64,000 nucleotides of DNA from Amphiscolops sp. MND2022 (lineage: Eukaryota), in contig OZ076409.1 in the NCBI GenBank assembly GCA_964187785.1, positions 37,884,001-37,948,000 on the forward strand, read 5' to 3'. This document shows, piece by piece, positions 1 through 12,434 of the stretch (position 1 is the first letter of the stretch; every line of letters starts with the position of its first letter). The translations under genes and the position numbers were made by a program. A model generated the notes under the pieces. That model saw nothing but the letters and a program-made list of their open reading frames with translations, was not told the origin of the DNA and did not search any database.

Positions 1-1731
1 GCCATTTTGTTATTCAATACATATTATGTTTGTTAATGTTGCTAGCCTTAATATATACTTGTACATGTAAAATTAGTCTGTTAAAAGTTACATTTGAAGG
101 TCCAAATAATGTAATTGTGGCTTTAAAGGTTGAAAGGTGCTTTGCAACTATAAAAGTAATACGTGGCAATATAGCTGTACAACGTAAAGGAAACGAGTTC
201 AAGTGAGCGAAACTCTTATTCCGGAGACGTCACTTGAACTCAACATATTAGCCAATCACATCACTTCCCTTTGCTATATTAGTACTGCTTTGATTGTATA
301 GTGGCCGAGTATGGCCAACTGACTCAATATATACACTGCACTACGCGCTTTGGTCAAATGGCCCGTTCCGGCCACATAGATGAAATGAACTGTATACTCA
401 TGTAATTAACCATACTAATCGGAAACTGCTGTAAATGTACCCTTAAGGATGAATGAAAGCTTCCATACCAATCAGTGCACCTAATAGACCTAGTGTTAAA
501 TTAAAGGCCAAATAAGGCTTTTGCCCTCCCTTATTATGATGCTAGATTAATAAACCGGATTTGTCCATTTTCGGCCTTGGTAAAAGGCGTGTTACTTTGA
601 TAGTGTAGTATTGTTTTAAACAAGCCGAACATGTAATATTTGATCTTGTTTCAATCTATGTTAAATGATGAACACGGGCAACGCGTGTCAAAAGGGATGC
701 CTTTTGCATTCCTTCAGTGAGTATTGATATTTGTTGACAAAGTAATAGTGATGATGTTTTCATAAAACAATACTTAAAGGTGCGGCTTGTATACTTATCG
801 ATGCGTTATTTATTTGATGTTGAATTCCTTGGAATTACCTGAATGTCAGGAATTTACCCGGTTGAGGCTTCAAACAAATATGTGCTTTGAAGTGTTGGTT
901 ACTTTACTAGTAATAATGATGATGTTTATCCCGTGACCTGTTACGGCCACGATCATGTAATATTTGTCTTGATCAAAGAATCCGTGGAATGTGACTGTCA
1001 CGTTTCGAGAGTATATATACCCATGTGTCGAGAGGAAAGGTCATGATTTCCACATCCTTGCTTTGATAAAGATTGAATTGACATAGCGATTCCTAACTAG
1101 TTTTCTGGTTTAAATAATTGAATTATTTGACCCAGTCCTGTCTTATTGCCTACTACAAGAAAACAAAAGCAAGCGAGAAAATCGAGAGGAATAGAGATGC
1201 TCTCAGATATAGAAAACTTAGATATTATGCTTGGCAAAAACCACTATGACAGAAATGAAAAGGAAGAAAGCATCATTAGTAATCATGCTAGGAGACCGAG
1301 AAGTCTCTCAAGAGACGAGTTTGAAAACAATGACGAGAATAATTACTTAGAAACGGGTAGTTTGGCTCCCAGTACAAGTGCCAATCATGGCCAAAACTCG
1401 TCAGGAGGCAATTCAAGTGCTGAGATCAATAGATTGTCCAGTGAGTTGAATTCGAGGCTATCTAGAGAACTTGATGATATGATGAGTAGTGTTAATACCC
1501 AGATCCAGAGAGCAATCAACGACGCGATCAGTGGTCAAATTATACCACAAATCCAATCTGCCTTAAGTGCCGGATCTGGACAGTCGACACTAAATAAATG
1601 GAACATTCCGTCCGAGAGACCTGAAGCGAATTCCGAAGAAACCTATAGTGAGAAAGCCAAGAAGAGCAATAGAAGTGAGCAACGCTTTGATTGCCAAAAC
1701 GGCAGTCAGCCTAACTTGCGTGCTTACGACA
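1..1731 (+). repeat. 5' LTR of the Gypsy element (partial, cut by the window start)
   Basis: Matches 14315-16046 at roughly 98% by eye. Ends in CA immediately before TGGTGACAGG. Confidence 0.88.
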
Positions 1732-2864
1732 TGGTGACAGGAGACAACGAATCTCCAATCGAGGCTCCTGAGTTTCTCACGGGACGAATGCCACCAAGAA
1801 ACCATCTTCACAGTTCCCATGACAACTTCGATCCACTACTAGACACGACGATCCCAGCACAAGAAAGAAATGCTCAGACCCCTGAACTAGACCCCATAAA
1901 CCGACTGGCTGATGTCCTGACAAGCATGCAAAATCGTCCTTCAGCCCAACAGCTCACTATCCGCCCAGTCAACTCAAACACAATGACTTTCGATGGCAAA
2001 AGTGAGAAATTTGAGCTGTTTGAGGATCTGTTCCACACGATGATCAAGATGCAGCCTGAAATGTCTGAACAGATGAAAATTAACCATTTTCATTCGCTGC
2101 TAAGGAAAAACGCCTTACAAACATTCCGAAACATTAGCACAGCCAATCGACAGACCCTTGAAGACGTATTAGTCATATTTCGACGAAAATACGTCAAACC
2201 TGAATCTCAAGCAACTGCCAAACACAAATGGCACCGTCTGGTGTTTGATCCAAACACAACAAAACTACCAGACTTCCTTGAAGAATTGAACCAAGGTGCA
2301 GAAAAAGCGTTTGGAGACAACGCCCAAAAGATGATTGACAGCCTCCTATACGCAAAACTGCCACCGAAACTAAAAAGATCAGTTAATATGGCTAGATTAG
2401 AAAATGGCTCATATGATGAGATAGTTGCTCATTTGGAGAGAGAATTGGAGCTTAACGCCCTCGAGGAGTCAGACGACCTACCAATGGCGACAATGACTTC
2501 CTCATCCGCCAAGCCTAAAACTCCTCTGTCCACTACGCAAATGTCAGACATCACTTGCAATAACTGCAAGGAAAAGGGCCACATGGTCAAGGACTGCGAA
2601 AAATTGAAAAAGAAAAAAGAGAAAGATGCCCAACAAGGCAAGTCGACCCAGAAGAAAACATATCCGGAGTGTGGCACTTGTGGCAAAAAGAACCACCCGG
2701 AAGAAAGATGTTGGCAAGGTGCCGGTGCACATCTTAAACCCAAACGCACTAGGCCCGAAGACTCAACTGACAATAAGCCCAACCCAAAAGCTCAGAAACC
2801 TCAGCACAAGCAAACTTCATCAAGCTCCCAATCCTCATCTTCCAATGATGAGCCAAAAAACTAA
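1146..2864 (+). CDS. gag: Gag polyprotein with two CCHC zinc knuckles; ORF opens inside the LTR
   Basis: 572-aa ORF. Retrotransposon capsid-like TFDGKSEKFELF segment; knuckles CNNCKEKGHMVKDC and CGTCGKKNHPEERC. True start is uncertain (TTG 1146, ATG 1197 or ATG 1731). Confidence 0.88.
   Translation: MPTTRKQKQARKSRGIEMLSDIENLDIMLGKNHYDRNEKEESIISNHARRPRSLSRDEFENNDENNYLETGSLAPSTSANHGQNSSGGNSSAEINRLSSELNSRLSRELDDMMSSVNTQIQRAINDAISGQIIPQIQSALSAGSGQSTLNKWNIPSERPEANSEETYSEKAKKSNRSEQRFDCQNGSQPNLRAYDMVTGDNESPIEAPEFLTGRMPPRNHLHSSHDNFDPLLDTTIPAQERNAQTPELDPINRLADVLTSMQNRPSAQQLTIRPVNSNTMTFDGKSEKFELFEDLFHTMIKMQPEMSEQMKINHFHSLLRKNALQTFRNISTANRQTLEDVLVIFRRKYVKPESQATAKHKWHRLVFDPNTTKLPDFLEELNQGAEKAFGDNAQKMIDSLLYAKLPPKLKRSVNMARLENGSYDEIVAHLERELELNALEESDDLPMATMTSSSAKPKTPLSTTQMSDITCNNCKEKGHMVKDCEKLKKKKEKDAQQGKSTQKKTYPECGTCGKKNHPEERCWQGAGAHLKPKRTRPEDSTDNKPNPKAQKPQHKQTSSSSQSSSSNDEPKN
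1732..1745 (+). promoter_or_regulatory. Putative primer-binding site of the Gypsy element
   Basis: TGGTGACAGGAGAC directly follows the terminal CA of the LTR and is absent after the second LTR copy. Cognate tRNA not identified. Confidence 0.7.
2855..2861 (+). promoter_or_regulatory. Putative -1 ribosomal frameshift slippery heptamer A_AAA_AAC at the gag/pol junction
   Basis: The X XXY YYZ heptamer sits right before the gag TAA. The -1 frame is open from here into the 2960 ORF. Confidence 0.7.
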
Positions 2865-5800
2865 CTTCGCCACGACTCCAATACAACGAACTAATATCTG
2901 TCCGACAATACATCAGATCGGACCCTCCAACGCAAACTTTTCATCAATACAATCAGCAATTGATGGGCTATCCCTCTGTTGTCTGGCAGCAGCAGATGGA
3001 AAAAGCTACCATCATCACCTACAATAACACCCATTTGTTCCAAAAACCAATTCCTGTTTGGGACCCTGACTATACAACCACCTTCAATACCCGATTCAGG
3101 CCCATTCCCCTGATCGATGATTACAATCCAACATACATCGATCCAGATTACGGCAGAGATCCCTACTGGGACACCGAGCTTTACAACCAAGATCTACTGC
3201 AATTTCAATATGTCCTAGACGATATTGACCACTATAACAGAACAGTCCACGAGAACCCTCCAATCACCCATAACAAGAAAACTCGAGCACTAATTGAAAA
3301 CTGGCAAATGAACGATGGTACAAACCACCCAGTGTTCCCAAACCCCTTGGGGACCGAGAATCCTGAAACCACTGCCGGACCCATACCACAATCACTATTA
3401 GACGAGAAACAATTCCAGAATGTACTCATCACCAAAGACGGTGAGCCAGACTGTATACCTCTGTCAACCAACATTAACCTCAAATGCAAGAAACGCATGC
3501 TTTATTCCCAATGGACTTTGGGGAATTGACCATTGATGGATTAATAGACACTGGGGCACTGTCCAGTGCAATCCCTGAAATGGACCTGCGGAAAATCCGC
3601 CTCCTATCTCCACAATCTGTTATCCGAGAAGGTCCGCCTCCGAACTTCCAAATCATGGTCGCTAATGGGCAACTGGAAACTCCTAAGAGTACCATAGAGC
3701 TCAAATTCGAAGTTGGTGACATTGAGTTCCATGAAATCTTTATAGTAATGGAACATTTGACAGGACCGATCATTGGACTAATGTTCCTTCAGAGAAATCA
3801 TACAGTCTTGGACATGAGACAAGGAATCCTGAATTTCCCGTTCTTTTCAATGCAGCTTAAAACAGCTGATGACAAATACTCCAATGTTCTAGAACCAATT
3901 CTCAACCCCTCTGAGATAACTATTCCGCCCAACGATAGAGTCCTAATTAGGACCAACTCCTTATTGTACCCTGAGAATGCGGTTGCTGGGATTTTGCAAC
4001 CGAGCGACCTTCTACAAGAAGAAGGCGACATCACATTTTGCCCAGCATTGGTCACTCTGAATGATGGCAAAATAATGATACCAGTGAACAACTTCACAGA
4101 CCACCCTTACAAACTCAAAAAGGGACTTCATATTGCCAATTTCTCAGTCATGACGCCAGAACAGATGAAATATGTCAAACCGGTAGATCCGGCATCCACC
4201 TGGCATCTTTTACAAAATGACCAAGAACAGGCAGCCCACTATTTCAGCAGTCTCATCAAGACAAACAGAAATACTCAAAATTCTGAAAATTACTGGTTCC
4301 CAACTCCAGAAAATCCTGGAAACCCCGAGGAACACACTCCAATACAGAAACGAATCCTATGAGAATTACAGGCCTTACAGGACCTGGAGACGCTCGACCC
4401 CACCAAAGATGAAGAATCTCGCGCAAAATTCCTAGAAAACTTTGATTGGAAAGACTCCACCCTTACTCCTGAAGAAAAGGAGAAAATTGAGGAATTACTA
4501 GTGGAATTCCATGATATATTCGCACGGCACAGATTCGACATAGGCATGAACGAGGAATTTAAGGTGAAATTGACACCTAAAGACGATTCCCCAGCCTATA
4601 GTCAAAGCCTCCCAGCCCCTATCAACCTGAAGGAGGACATCTTAGTCGAACTGGCCATGTTACACAAGTATGGCATCATCACCACCCTGCCGTTCTCCAA
4701 ATATGCGAGTCCAATATTCGCACAAAAGAAACTGAATGGAAAACTCAGACTCTTGGTTGACTTGAGAAAAATTAACAACCTCATATCCGATGACTATATA
4801 AACAATAATCACCCTGTCAGTACCTTGGTTGATGCCGCCCAACACTTGGCGGTCAAGAAACTGTTCTGTAAATTAGATTAATCGCAGGCATACCACTGCC
4901 TGCCGATGGCTGACCAACGATCGATCGAAATGTTGGCTTTCAACTTTGTCAGTCGCACATTTGCTTATAGACGTCTGGCACAAGGCCTTAGCCGGGCCCT
5001 CTCCGCATTTTCGAGCTTTATGAGGGAATAGCTTGACAAAGTTATTAAAGCGGATCAATGTGCCCAGTACGTGGACGATATCGGCATCGCAGCTAATGAT
5101 GCTGACCACCTTATAACTAACCTGAGAGCAACCTTCAAATGCATTCAGGAAGCAGGCCTTAAATTAACAATGCATAAATATCACTTCGGTGCAAAATAAA
5201 TTGATTTTCTCGGACGGACAATTACCCCACAAGGCGTCAAACCCCAGAAACAGAATGTACAAAACTTTCTCGAAAAAACCAAATTCCCAAAGTCGAAAAA
5301 GGCTTTGCAGCGCTACTTGGGATTCTTTAATTACTACAAAAATTACGTCCCAAGACTTTCAGAACGCCTTGCTCTATTCTACAAGATGCTGAAAAGTGAC
5401 GAAAAGGTCCTAGTATCGAAGGAATTGGTCCAACAATTTGAGGAAATCAACAAAGCACTCGACAAATGTTGCGACTTGGCCTTACAGCAACCCATTCCGA
5501 ACAAGCAAATCGCACTAATGACTGATGCAAGTTTTGGTGCAGCAGGATACGCGGTCTTAATCGAAGATGACCCAAACCAGAAATTTACGTCACTCAGGAA
5601 ATCGTATGCACCGGTCGCGTATGGATCAAAAACCTTCACCCCAGCACAGATCAAAATGTCAATCTATGCTAAAGAATTTCTCGCAATTTATTTTGCATTC
5701 AAAGACTTCGGACATATCTTCTGGGGTGCGCCGAAACCGGTCATCATCCTTACGGACAACAAAGCTGTCACGAGATTTTTCCAAACGAAAATAATACCCC

Positions 5801-8064
5801 CAGCCCTGTGGAACGCGTGTGATTATGTCATTCAGTTCAATTTTGTCATAGCGCACATCCCGGGGGCACAAAATACAGCCGCCGATTACTTGTCCCGATT
5901 GGAAACAGATCCGAAGGACAAATTAGTAATGAAAATTCGCGAAGATGTACAAACACTACCAATCGAAATCAATGTCCAATCTGCAGGGGTGTCACAAGAA
6001 GAACAAATCTTCTACACCAATGATGACGATGAGACAGAAGAACAGTATTGGGCAAGGAAAGAAGCAATCAGGAAAAATCCAGCAACTGATGAGCCCACAG
6101 TTACTATACGAACTCTGTCAACAAATCTGGTCAAGCAACACCCCGATATACAAGTCCGACTGAGGAAAACGAACCAGATCATTATCGTGCAATCCAAAGA
6201 TGCGGTACTACAACAATTGAAAGCAAAACTGCTTCATGAAGAGTCTTCAGAAAATCTACTGCACCAGGATGCCCGATATAGACATTACGCAAACAATCTG
6301 GAACGAATTGTACTTAAGGACAAAGTCCTGACAAGGCAATACTTTGATGAAACAGGGAACGTTAAATACCATCAAATTCTGCTCCCGCATCATTTACTCC
6401 AGGAATTGCTTCAGTCTCTTCATGGGACAGCACACAAACACCCTGGTATCTCAAAAATGTTGCAGGAAATCCGACAAAGGTATTACTACCCTAACATGGC
6501 TAAACACGTCAAAAAATGGGTAGAGGGGTGTGAAGAATGCGCAAGAGACAAGCGAGTCCCTAACGCAACAATTACACCTGAACTACTCAACTTGCTCGAA
6601 TGGGACCTTGGACCTGAAGACGCCATGCAGATCGACCTATGGCCGAATCTTCCCCCAAGCGGTGGGTATGAAAACGTCTTAACAGCAATCGATGTATTTT
6701 CCAGATATCTGTTCGCCTACCCCCTTACGGACTCATCAGCGATCAATGTAGCAAAAGCGATCATTGACATCATGACCAAACATGCATATCTGCCAACGAC
6801 TCTCATTACTGATAAGGGTACTGCATTCACTTCCACAATCATTGCGGAGGTTACGCAAATTTTGGGCATAACACTCAAATGTGCAACAACAAAACACCCG
6901 CAGACAATTGGGAAATTGGAGCGAACCCATGCCTCATTGAAAACAAATCTCAAAATGGCATGTGGCGAATATCGCCGACAATCGCACAAATACTTGCCAT
7001 TAGCAGTACTGAATCATAATACTAGTTATCACGCCAGAATCGGTTGTGAACCGACAAGAGTATTCCACGGAAGAATTCCATTTAATATCTTGGATCACAA
7101 GCTTGGAAATAATCCAAACGAGCAGATCAATCCCACAACCGAATTTGCTGAAGAAATCCAAAACCGGACAAAAATCCTGATTGACGAAACAAAACAGAAC
7201 ATTATGCAGTCGTATATCAAGTACAAAGAATATTACGACCGCAAAGCAAAAGCTGCTCCATTAAAGGAGAATGATTACTGTTTCGTCTTACAGCCGAAAG
7301 CGGATCATCAGGGATCAAAAATCCCATTCCGCGATTATCGTTGGGTTGGACCATTTGTATTCCCAAGGGTCCTTCCTAATGAAAATTATATCGTACGACG
7401 GATTAATACAAACAAAACTCAAATATTGCACCGAATTCGCCTTAAAAAGTTTGTCCCTAACCAACCGCTTGAGGACAATTTCCGAGAACAGCGGTTACAG
7501 CCTGATGAAGAGATCGTCATTCCGCAAGACGACTTATATATCATAACGTGGGAAACAGATTTTAGCGAGCAGCTAATTACACGAGGACACAATCCTATTC
7601 CGACTAGCATGCCGAACGGCGAACGGCCGAATGCGGCAGAACCGAGTCACAGTGACGTAGACGAGAACGAAGCGGATTACATAATCACGCGAGAAGCATT
7701 GAATAACGACAATGCGACGCACAGCCAGAACGATCGCTTAAGTAATGACGTCACTAAAAGAAATGGAACTACTACAGTGACAGAAAATGAAGAATATGAT
7801 TGGCCGAATCCGGCCGTTTCCCCAAAGAACCAAGAAAACTCCTTGCCGAATACGGCAGATAGACCGGAAAACGATGAAAATTTTTCAGTGGTAAACTTGA
7901 CGAATGAAAACGATACACAAAATTCTCCAAACAGGGGGGATGATATTATCGTGCCCGAAATATCTGAAAACGATGCTAGAAATGAAAGTCTGAGTCCTAG
8001 AGGAGGGAAATATAATCTCAGGCCTAACCCTAACCCAAACTACTCAGAAGACTTCAGATACTAG
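2861..8064 (+). pseudogene. pol: Gypsy pol (protease, RT, RNase H, integrase), disabled
   Basis: Protease LIDTGA; RT ASPIF..KLRLLVDLRKIN and YVDD near 5068; RNase H LMTDAS..KEFLA..LTDNK; integrase HHCC and D,D,E core. Frameshift near 3505 and in-frame stops at about 4360, 4879, 5029 and 5197. Confidence 0.93.
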
Positions 8065-8353
8065 AAAAGACTGAATTCAGATCAGGAAAACAAGCCCTGA
8101 ATCTTCTACTTTTCTTTTATCTTTTAGCATGTTTTTTTCTCCTCTCTCAGTCCCATGCGAGAAAGTATTTTGAATAAATAATGGGACGTATGAAAGATCC
8201 CTTACAAAGAAAATAATTCGGGATCAAGAAATCAAAAGAAAGAAATGCATATAAATGAAGGCAACAAAATAGAAAATCAACAAAGTTTACAGTTTGGAAG
8301 TACATAAATACATATGTACATTTATTCTTTAGAAGTGCCAACAGGAGATTCTT

Positions 8354-11300
8354 CTACGACAGAGGAAGCCCTAGACCTCGAACTACTCTTTCCATTCGTC
8401 TCCGTTTACGGTCACTAGGAGGCACGACTGCGGGCCTTTCCCCGACACTGTAGGACCCTGTATCATCAAGGCTCCCAGTCCCTTCGCCCACCCCGGAGAG
8501 GGCAGAACGGTATGAAGCAACCAGAGTCTTGTAGATCTTGTTCCTACCAAATTCGTCGACAAAAGTCCAAGGATCATATGAAGCAGATGAGGCAGACTGA
8601 CTGAAAGAAGCAGAAAGAAGAGAGAAATTGGCCAAACTGGAATCACTAGTACAGAAGGCAATGGAATCTGGAACCCCAGACAGATAACTCTGGGCAGGCA
8701 AAACCACGTCCACGAGCCGGTTTTGGCAATTTGAAGTACTAATAGATCCGATACTCACAGCAGGGCATTGAGGGCTCTCGGAGGTGATGCACAAACAACT
8801 CAGTTTGAACAAGTACATTAGATGGCTATGCTCTTGCATGGAGTCAAGGTTAACAAGGAAGTCGATGAGGTCTGGGGACCCTTGACTGACATCAAATGAA
8901 GGCAAAGAAGAAGCTTTAAGTTGGTCCAATAGCTCCACATACTCGTCCCGGCAGGATGATTCATTCGCAGAGCTGACCCAAGACCTTAACTGGAAGGTCC
9001 GGTATAACAGGTCGAAGTGACGAAGAGCCACCTCGGTGGGCCTTTTCACCATTATGCATGGATCGAAAGCGGCAAGACCCCTGATAAGATTGGAGCAGAG
9101 GCCAGCTTGGCGAAGGATACCCCCAATCAGGAATTGAAGATAATTCTGGCAGTCTTGGACAAAGTCATTTTTGACGGACACAGCAGTCTTCTGGACAGTG
9201 CTTTTGTCAGCCTTCTTACCAGTAAGCACGCCCTCGGATCTCTGCTTACTGGCCTTGGTGACCTTGTTTTTCATATTCAGTCTAGTGAGGAATTCGTCAA
9301 CTGGTAAAAATGTCCCTTCGCTGGTTTGGAAATTCAAAAGTAGAAACCATGAATTCTCAAGTGGGATGGTATCCGAAGTGTAACAACGAAAGCAGAGTTT
9401 GTAGATATAACGGGCGACTTCCCCGCAAAGATAGAAGGATGAATCTCTTCTCTTTTGCAAGTTAGTGGTGAAGCTTGAGTTATCTAAACATAGGACACTA
9501 ACGCATATCAGTTCGAAAGGAATAACCCTGGCTTATCCTAATATACTAACAATCACTGATGAGGTGATAGAAGAATTCGAGCTTCACGGGGAAAAACTCA
9601 TCACAGATGAGCGACCACTCAAAACTCTGAACCTGGAACAAATAGGAGTATTGACGGACCTATGATATTCTCCCCTTTGACAGAAGGAACTGGACCGAGA
9701 TGGGATTACTTACTCTTGTCCTGACTCCCTGGCCCTGCTGCTTGGCAGAGTGCAAAGTGAGGAAGGAAACCACAAACTTCCACTCGTCCATAAATTCCTT
9801 GCACAAGATAGGCAGTGTGAAGAGCTCCAGATCACTCTTAGAAATCGCCTAAAAGAAACACGAAACGATCAAACGACAAGGCTTGAAAACTCTGACTGAT
9901 ATAAACATGTCTGACGCCAAGACAATAGTAATCACTTACTTTAGCTAGAACGGGGCTGCGCTGTACCCAGTCCTCATTTGCTGATCCGCCCAAGGAAATG
10001 ACCAGGCCACGGAGTACCGAAAAGAAGTCTATGTGCCCGAAGACACTGTAGCTACTTTTGTGCATTAATTTCGACAAATTGAGCTGAGAGAACCTGAAGC
10101 AACTCTGGACAGCTCGCACGGAAGTAGGGACCTCGTCAATGGTCCGGATTAGCTCAGACGGGCATCCGGAACAAGCCACTATATCTGCTTTTGTAGATAT
10201 GGACGATAACAGGCGCGCCAAGGAGCCTAGTTCCCCAGTGAGATTAGCGGTGGGTAGACCACTACAGCAAACGATGACTTTGCATTGGTACTGGCCTTTC
10301 CAGAACCTCACCGACATGAAACGGTTGGGTCCCTGGTCCTCGAGTTCCAAAGCGAAGCACTGCAGGGTAGTAATCTGATCAGCGATGTCGCTCATAGCAC
10401 AGTTGAAGAGATGTTGGAATATGGCCTAGAGGAAAAACCCAAGAGCATAACCACTTAGGGAAAGGAGATAAACTCGAGGAAGAGGAAAGCAAAAGATACT
10501 TACAGTCATTCTACCTTCTCCCCAGTCAAAGTCACAGAGGGAAGCTTGGTGGTCGGTGAATGAGCTGATTTTAGCCCACATGCTTCGGAGGATTGCAATA
10601 TCTCCATGGCTCTGGATGAAATCAGCTACCATGCTTAGCTGGGTTCGCGCGCGAGACTTGGGGGCTATTAAAGGGGTAGTCCTGCCCCGGACGAAATCCT
10701 CGTAAAAAGGGAGACGTTCCCCGATGTCAACCAACTCCACGTTTATAAACTTGGGGAGTTCCTTAGCTAGCTCCATCTTGCTCAAAATCTTTCCGTTCCT
10801 GCCTCGGACGCGGTGTTGAGTTTTGAGTGTGACGGGATCGGTACTTTTCAAATGTTCGTACCGCCACCTCTGGTCTCGTATAAGATGCTTTTCAGTCCGA
10901 TGGTGCCTGAGAATTTCCATTGTCCCCTTACTCCGAATGGAAAAGTTTTTCTTGCAGACATGGCACCAGACCATATATGGATTGTGGATTGGATCTGCCG
11001 GGCCTGAAATGAAAGACCGAGTCCACCCGATTATAGCGAAGAACTCCTCTCGCATTGGGACTCCCCGTTGGGACTGTCTCCTAGCTTTTGGTGTCTTCTT
11101 GGGCTGAGGTTTACTTTTGGTCTTTAGTGTCTGTTCCTTCACCTCGGACAAGGTAATATCCTGGCTGCTCCGATCAGTTTCTTGGCTGCTGCCCTGTTGT
11201 AAGACGTCAGACTGCGCTGTGTCGAAACGATCTGGATTGGGGCCTTGAAGGTGGCAGAAATTAGGGCCATTTCACCAGCGCTATCACTCTCTCCAAATGA

Positions 11301-12434
11301 GGAGGTATCGCCTAAGCCTCCATAGTCAGTGTTGGTCTGGACTTCTGAGTCGATGGAGGGCGAATCGCCTGTTTCGGCGTCACTCGAGTCACTGTCTACA
11401 CACCTAAAGGGAGTCTGCGCTCGTGACTTAAAATGATTGGTTCGCGAGGGAGCAATTGTTGGCCTACCTCGGACAGCGTCCAAAATCATCCGTTCCATTG
11501 TGCTATGGGACATTCGGAGTGTTTCATCGGTCAGGACACGCAATAGATGGTACACTTGGGACTCCGTGAAGGTAACTGCTGTTTGTCCTGATGGGATACG
11601 GAAGGCATTTGTCTCATCGAAATAAGTTTTCAAAATAGCCCGTGCTCGACAAGAAAGTTCAGGAAGCTGTGAATCGGAACCTCGAGAAGTGGATGCAACC
11701 ATTTCAGGCTGTTGTCGCTGACTGGGGATGGTTATGTCAGGATGGCCACTAGTTTCAGCTCCGGATTCGGATATCCCAGGGATACCTCCGTATAGGGAAG
11801 GGCAACCGCCACTGCTTGTCTCCTCGGCTGTCTTCTCTTCCTCACTGAAATCGGCCAGGAATCGCACCTTGTGCTCATGCGTAGGCAACATGGGAGCTTC
11901 ATATACGGAAGACTCACAATCTTCATCGTCAACCAACTCTCCAATCTTTAAAACGGCAGCCTCAACTTGTACGGCAGGAAGAAGCTCAGTTAACTGGGAT
12001 TCGGGCTTATTGACAACCCTTAACCCTGATTCCAAAGCATTTAGGCTAGTGTGTGACACTCCTGCTGTATCAATCAGTATTGGGGTACTGGACCGGACTG
12101 GGACTAGAGACAGAGGAGCTTGGTCTCCAGTAGGAGTTTCAGTACTGGGCGTGGCCATGGTAGGATCCACAGAAGTTGGCTGTTCTCGTGACTGAGGTCT
12201 TTCAGCCTCCATTTCGCGCACCTTGGCCTCTGCATAGATGTTCACATCCTCACTTTCAACGCTTGGAGGGGAAGTCTCATATCTGACGACGCTTGTTGTA
12301 CTTGGAACAACACCTTCTTCAGGAACTGTCTGAAGTAATCCGGAGGGGTTTGATGTAGTCCCAGTTTCAGAAGTCTGATTATCTAAATAGAAAGAGATAA
12401 AATTGAGCGGTATGCTTCCTCGAAAAGAATCCAT
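8354..12434 (-). pseudogene. Antisense spliced gene of about 1250 aa with a BED-like C2H2 finger and hAT-transposase-like features; one frameshift near 11200-11240
   Basis: Exons 12434-10504, 10425-9940, 9848-9714, 9632-9551 and 9483-8354 join in frame across four GT..AG introns. Finger motif WCHVCKKNFSIRSKGTMEILRHHRTEKH. Confidence 0.75.

Noticed and set aside
14..8341. Short ORFs overlapping gag/pol on the opposite strand or in alternative frames, and the 62-aa LTR ORFs
   Set aside because: Shadow ORFs with no motifs.
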